64,000 bases of DNA from Trypanosoma brucei (taxonomy: Eukaryota), in contig CP000066.1 in the NCBI GenBank assembly GCA_000002445.1, positions 128,001 through 192,000 on the forward strand, written 5' to 3'. The notes beneath the pieces are model-generated. The model had not been told where the DNA came from, ran no database searches, and saw only the letters and a program-made list of their open reading frames with translations. The stretch's first letter is position 1. Every line of letters starts with the position of its first letter. Below are positions 59,245-64,000 of the stretch, one piece after another. The position numbers and the translations under genes are program-made.

Positions 59245-59958
59245 CTATGATGCGGGGGTTGGATGCGGTACCATTTCCTTCGGCACATGCACGAAGGTGC
59301 GATCGGACTTGTCGCACACCCATGCCACCTCCACCTCATAAATTTTATCTTTCGACTTGTCATGCACCTCATGGAGGATGTTGGTTAGCTTTTCCACCGC
59401 CTCACTGCATGTCAGAGTCGCAAAGTCCAGCTTCTCCAACTCGGTTTTGGCCACCGTTTTGCCCTTCCCCAACGCTATTCCATAGTACCCCGCAACTGCC
59501 CCGCTCGGGTCGGCGACATAAAGCTGCGGGCCATCGTCAGCATAAGAGGCAATGATGACCGAACAGCCGAAGGGGCGATAGGCGTAGTGAGTCGTGTAAA
59601 CATGCATAAACTCGCCGATTCGAGACGCAAGCAAGGAGCCTAGTATCGGTGTGGAAAAAATATCTCGACTGTTCTCTGCTTCACCACGAGCGCGTGAAAC
59701 AACAGCAAGACCATCGGGGAGCACTCCACAAACACAAATTCCGGCCTGCCGATCTACCGCATGAATACGGTTATTGGACCCTTCCTCCAGCATGCGGCTT
59801 GTGAGGATTTTCTCCACAGCAACGACAACACCGTCCTTGCAACAGGCAGCAACGGCGGTGCTGCCATTGTCGACAGCCTTGCAGGCGTACTCTACCTGAA
59901 ACACACGCCCGTCAGCAGAAAATATATCTGTTGACTGGTCATGACCAGAGCCAGACAT
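59245..59958 (-). CDS. PSMA3: 20S proteasome alpha-type subunit, PSMA3/alpha-7 (PRE10) type
   Basis: [38 protein letters not shown]...[51 protein letters not shown] aligns closely with human PSMA3 as I remember it ([38 protein letters not shown]...RPFGCSFMLGSY...GAQLYMIDPSG...GCAIGKARQAAKTEIEKL). Confidence 0.9.
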   Translation of the reverse strand: [237 protein letters not shown]

Positions 59959-60228
59959 TGTCCTCCCTTATATCTCCTCTTGCCTTGATTTACTTTCTCC
60001 TTTTCTTGTGGATGACCTCGATACCTATATCGTCCTTTCCTTCAGTATTTTTCTTCTAAGCAACGAAAGTTAGGCGTTTCGAAATTACATACGAAAGGAA
60101 GGGGATACAGGCAATGAAGTAGGGACGCTACACAGCTTTGCGTGGGAAAAGAAAAGTAGATATCAGTCGCCCTCAGCCTCCTTGGCACACGTACAGGCTA
60201 CAAACCATCACATTATACTGTCGAGCCG

Positions 60229-61299
60229 CTAGCGCTTCCATAACCGCAGAGCGCACACGCTCGCCGCAACTAATGCTACAGGAATCACGGTAATCATGAG
60301 TGACTTACGCAACATCCCACCATCATCACTGACCTCCTTCCTCGACGCTTTCCCCGGCCGGCACTTCTCTAGGTTCAAACGCAGTGTGTGTTCCCCCAGC
60401 TCCTCAGGGTTCTTCCACGACGCACCAGCTTTTGGAGGCGCCGGTAACTTGTTTAAACCTCCCCCTACGGCAAACACGTCCACAATTCGCTCATGGAGGT
60501 TGGCATTGGTATCAGGAGCCCCAGATGTCATCGGGGTGTGCGAAAACATGCACATATCACCATCAGGACACGTCCCCAAAACATGTGGAACACAGTAGAT
60601 AATCTTCTTGTGTTTAGCCCTAATTATGCTTCGAATTCTATGTCTAATACGCGCAACTTCAGCGGTCCCCCCTGGATCAACCACGCCTCCGTTGGCTTCA
60701 AAGTTACTCTGATTGAACTGACATGCTACATCAATCTCGTCTAATACCTCTTCAGCAACAAGTGTATCGTCCAAAATGATCGTCCGCACGTACGGGTTTA
60801 CATGTGCAAGTGCTGCAAGTGAGTGACCGGCTTCACTCTCTAAGGGAGTGTTGGAAAGGTCAATGAAACTAACCCGGGACTTGGTCAGCGCTTCGCAAAG
60901 CATAGAAACGGCATCATCACTCACATTCACAGCATTTATCGTTATTGCCTCCAATGACATATTGTATTGCACAACAACAGAGATTAGGTACATCTCAACA
61001 TCACCAAAGCTAGAGCCAAACTCACCAAACACCATGACCGCACGGGTATTGTTATTTAAAATTTCCGACGCAAGAATGTGCAAGTCATCCACACCAGCCC
61101 TGATGTACCCGCTGTTATGCCGCGCAAAATAAGAAAGAACACGCTCCAGCTCCCCCAACGTGGGTGTACTGTCAACTGCTCCGCCTACGCAGCGATCGAT
61201 TAGCAGGCGAATGTCTGATATGTCAACTGGCTTGGGGCCAAGCACTTCCGACACCGTCCGCTGAGCGCCAAGCACCCGGGGCTGCCGCCGCTCGGCCAT
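60229..61299 (-). CDS. Leucine-rich-repeat (RNI-like) protein with embedded CCCH zinc finger and C-terminal TM
   Basis: LRR-like segments (LSNTPLESEAGHSLAALAHVNPYVRTIILDDT...) are followed by CVPHVLGTCPDGDMCMFSH, which fits C-x7-C-x5-C-x3-H. The protein ends in a hydrophobic helix VIPVALVAASVCALRLW. 356 aa. Confidence 0.7.
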   Translation of the reverse strand: MAERRQPRVLGAQRTVSEVLGPKPVDISDIRLLIDRCVGGAVDSTPTLGELERVLSYFARHNSGYIRAGVDDLHILASEILNNNTRAVMVFGEFGSSFGDVEMYLISVVVQYNMSLEAITINAVNVSDDAVSMLCEALTKSRVSFIDLSNTPLESEAGHSLAALAHVNPYVRTIILDDTLVAEEVLDEIDVACQFNQSNFEANGGVVDPGGTAEVARIRHRIRSIIRAKHKKIIYCVPHVLGTCPDGDMCMFSHTPMTSGAPDTNANLHERIVDVFAVGGGLNKLPAPPKAGASWKNPEELGEHTLRLNLEKCRPGKASRKEVSDDGGMLRKSLMITVIPVALVAASVCALRLWKR

Positions 61300-61856
61300 C
61301 CTGGCAGCAAATACACAAATCCCCTAATCCTTCCAGTTACTTACCGGAAGGGATATCAGAAGGTGCGAAATGGAAACAAAAATGTAAAGGAAAGTGAGGC
61401 ATGGAAAGACAAGGACGTTTAAACGAGGATCCAACGGGTGCAGCTTTCTCCTCACACCATACGCGGTTAGCGCCTCCTCCCCTTCCCCGTACAAAATCGA
61501 AAGAGATATGGGAAGACAACCAAACCGGTACGACCAAATGCCCAAAACATACGGACTCACAAGCACCCACTCAACAAAGATGTGCAACGGCCAACGCGCA
61601 AAGAACACCAAACAAACAGGAAAGAGAAGAATGATCATATCTCAAATGCACTCTCAGAAGAACAACACAGTCATTCTACTTGAGAGAAATTTGCAGTTTG
61701 GCGAATTGTGACGGCAAACGCCCGTAGAAACTGAAGTGGCACAAGTAACCTGCCTCGTGATCCGCCAAAACCGGAACGCATTTTGGGGTAATAAGTTACA
61801 CTTCATCCACACACACACACACACACACCAAAACAGTTTGTCCACCATACAGTCTC

Positions 61857-62122
61857 CACTCCACTCATCACCACAAGAGGAGGGAAAAAATGGAGAAGAA
61901 AACACGCACTCGCATGCCGAATGACTCACAACATACACACACACTTTGCAACCCAATGTCTACTAGCCTTAATAAGCACATTCACATCAGAAATATATCG
62001 GCACATCAGGAGGCAACAAATGTTTTGGATGGTGTAAAAGGAATATTTCCGCATGTTTGTCTAGCGGGATCATCCACTTGTCAGCTCAGTCATATTATAA
62101 GTTTATTATTGCGTGTAACTTC
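61857..62122. repeat. Copy 2 of the ~270 bp dispersed direct repeat (copy 1 at 39972-40251), intergenic between the VIT and LRR-CCCH genes, immediately after a (CA)n run
   Basis: See copy 1. Same orientation, about 95% identity. Preceded by acacacacacacacacc. Confidence 0.85.
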
Positions 62123-62448
62123 CCGTCCACGTGGTGCCGCTTTGGTGGAGCAAGAAATTTTGTAAAAGGTATGTGTGGTCGAAGGGCGTATAAATTTTAA
62201 AAGAACAAAGGGAATACGCGGTACAGGGAAGAGGTCCATCCATCAACCCCCTCATCCCCTTTGCGGTGCCGCGCTTGGAAGAATCTCGCTTCTAGCGTTG
62301 GATAACGCTTTAAAGTTCTGTCGATGAGTAAAAGAACAATTACGTACTATGAGCAGGCTATATCGCTCCGGGAGCAAACATGCTGCTATACATCCCTGGA
62401 GAACGACCTTTCCGCTGGGGAAACTCCCGCCGTCCAAGTTTTCTACGT

Positions 62449-63303
62449 TCACACTTCGATGCTAGATCGCAGCGCGTGCTCCACAAGTGATCCCACCGTG
62501 AAGCTGAACAGGCCGCTTACAACTCCATTAAAAACCATTAGAGCTGCGGAACGTAACATGCTTACACCCGACAGATACCCCCTTAACATCCCAAGTACGA
62601 TGAGCGCACAAGTGGCCAGGAAGCAGGACAACGCAAAAACGCCATCAATCCCTTTTCCCTTCCCGGGAAGGTACGCCAACAGTGGGACGGCACCGAAGAA
62701 CATAAAGGACAAGAACATGACCAGGCCTTGCTTTTTGGGCCCGTGCGTGTCTTCTGTATCAATAATAATCCCCAGTTCTTCGGTCATCATAAAGTCCACA
62801 AAAAGTTTTGGGTCTTTCGATATGATGTTCACTATGGTTGTGGCATCTTCGTGGGAGAGACCCTTCATCTCATAAATTTGCACCATTTCGTCCACCTCCA
62901 TATCAAAAGCATTTTCGACTTCCCATTCCTCGCGTCGCCTCTCACTTAGAGCATTATCTCGTTCAGCTTCACCCGAAACATATTCACCGAATCCCATGGC
63001 AAAACCATCTGCAATGACATTCGAGAAACCAAATATCAGGACGGAGGCAACGCTGCTGTTGCTACCAACAGCAGCGGAAACGACTGTAAAACTCGTTATA
63101 ATTCCGTCCAGTCCCCCAAATACCACGGACTTCACGTAATCCGATGCAGAGGGGTTGTGGACCTCTTTGTAAATGTGCTTTTGATGTTCCATTCGGGACA
63201 TTTCGATGTCACCGGTTTCAAAGGCCTTTCGGGCGGCCGATATGCTCTTATAATTCCTTGCCCCACTTACATCAATTTTTTCTGATTCGGACATGTCAGT
63301 CAA
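62449..63303 (-). CDS. VIT1/CCC1-family vacuolar iron/manganese transporter homolog
   Basis: FGGLDGIITSFTVVSAAVG matches the GxxDGxxTxxxxVxG signature of the CCC1/VIT family. An N-terminal soluble domain, a cytosolic acidic loop (EEWEVENAFDMEVDEMVQIYE, the metal-binding region) and 5 transmembrane helices are present. 284 aa. Confidence 0.8.
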   Translation of the reverse strand: MTDMSESEKIDVSGARNYKSISAARKAFETGDIEMSRMEHQKHIYKEVHNPSASDYVKSVVFGGLDGIITSFTVVSAAVGSNSSVASVLIFGFSNVIADGFAMGFGEYVSGEAERDNALSERRREEWEVENAFDMEVDEMVQIYEMKGLSHEDATTIVNIISKDPKLFVDFMMTEELGIIIDTEDTHGPKKQGLVMFLSFMFFGAVPLLAYLPGKGKGIDGVFALSCFLATCALIVLGMLRGYLSGVSMLRSAALMVFNGVVSGLFSFTVGSLVEHALRSSIEV

Positions 63304-63583
63304 GAAGATGTTTCACTGGACCAAAATTAATGCAAGGGGCTTTATTTCCCTATTTCACGTTGTTACAAGAAAAAAAAGGGTGGGTTCAATAAGACCAAGG
63401 TGAAGCAACAAAAAAGGTCGGCATCCTTTCCCCTCTCCAATGGACGCGAACAGCTGCAACGATGTGTATTACCTCACGTATTTTCTATTCTCTCGCTTCG
63501 GTCTTTCAACCAATCAACAGTACGCAAGAAAGAAAAAGTACATGACAACGTGTGACAGTGTTCTCCCTATCCGATTCATCGTA

Positions 63584-64000
63584 TCAAGAACCGTAGCTGA
63601 GAAACAGCTCCTCACCAACCTTTATCTCCTTTGTGGAGCAAACCACAACGCGTCGATTTGACAACGGCTCTGTTTCGAGCAACACGCGTCGCCGCGTTCC
63701 CGGTGAAATGAAGTCAGACTGTACACAAGTGTGCAATGAACAGTTAGCCGCGTTAGATTCATCGCCCGCGATGGGTGTGCCTGAAGAATTTCCAGCCACA
63801 CTCGTAACTGGTGGATAACCAGTGGGGCTCCGAATAATGTCAATACCCGGCACTAGTGAGGGGAGAACATCGATACCTTGTTTTTCCTCCAACAGGTCAG
63901 CCAAATCTCCAGGAGAGGATGGCACACAGTCAACAGGTAACATGACACTGCGTTGGAGAACTGTACGATACGCCGCGCATAATTCGTCAACAGTGGGCAA
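63584..64000 (-). CDS. C-terminal part of a protein whose 5' end lies beyond the right window edge; ends with a SET-domain-like GEELFLSYG motif (possible second SET-domain protein)
   Basis: The frame is open to the window edge; the leading M in the ORF track is an edge artefact, since the first codon there is TTG. The C-terminus ...NRRVVVCSTKEIKVGEELFLSYGS resembles the EELxxxY end of SET domains. Only 138 aa are visible. Confidence 0.45.
   Translation of the reverse strand: MPTVDELCAAYRTVLQRSVMLPVDCVPSSPGDLADLLEEKQGIDVLPSLVPGIDIIRSPTGYPPVTSVAGNSSGTPIAGDESNAANCSLHTCVQSDFISPGTRRRVLLETEPLSNRRVVVCSTKEIKVGEELFLSYGS

Noticed and set aside
1-64000. CRISPR arrays, rRNA operons, prokaryotic promoters and terminators
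   Set aside because: The sequence is eukaryotic kinetoplastid-type. No direct-repeat/spacer architecture was seen, and no rRNA signature strings were found by eye.

Overview
The window reads as kinetoplastid (Trypanosoma-type) nuclear DNA. Genes are intronless and densely packed, with same-strand arrays separated by low-complexity polypyrimidine/polypurine and microsatellite-rich spacers; there are no prokaryotic signatures and no rRNA. Motif content and remembered gene order (LRR/RING ESAG8-like, adenosine/nucleoside transporter, NAA20, DEAD helicase, cytochrome P450, TDY-loop MAK/LF4-like kinase, small WW+CCCH ZFP, proteasome alpha) fit Trypanosoma brucei, possibly the left part of chromosome 3. 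That assignment is from memory and is not verified.

A minus-strand RING+LRR gene runs off the left edge (about 1-708, open to 1089). It is absent from the ORF track because its stop lies outside the window. About 18 kb follow (1.1-18.9 kb) with no ORF longer than 151 aa. A single plus-strand ENT-family nucleoside transporter sits at 19115-20503. A roughly 4 kb gap (20.5-24.5 kb) has no long ORF and is a presumed convergent strand-switch. A long minus-strand polycistronic array then runs from the right edge down to about 24.5 kb.

That array carries, in order: a SET-like gene (partial), a VIT/CCC1 iron transporter, an LRR+CCCH protein, proteasome alpha (PSMA3-type), several hypotheticals, a SET-domain protein, a CCCH protein, a ZFP2/3-like WW+CCCH protein, a MARCH RING-CH membrane protein, a TDY kinase, a cytochrome P450, hypotheticals, a DEAD-box helicase, NAA20, and a terminal candidate Cys-rich GPI-anchored protein.

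Things worth a second look are a ~270 bp direct repeat present in two intergenic regions about 21.9 kb apart, the very large ORF-free presumed divergent region with a GC-rich island and GT-rich tracts, several small membrane or mitochondrial-presequence ORFs the track would normally discard, and a local concentration of CCCH and SET regulators.
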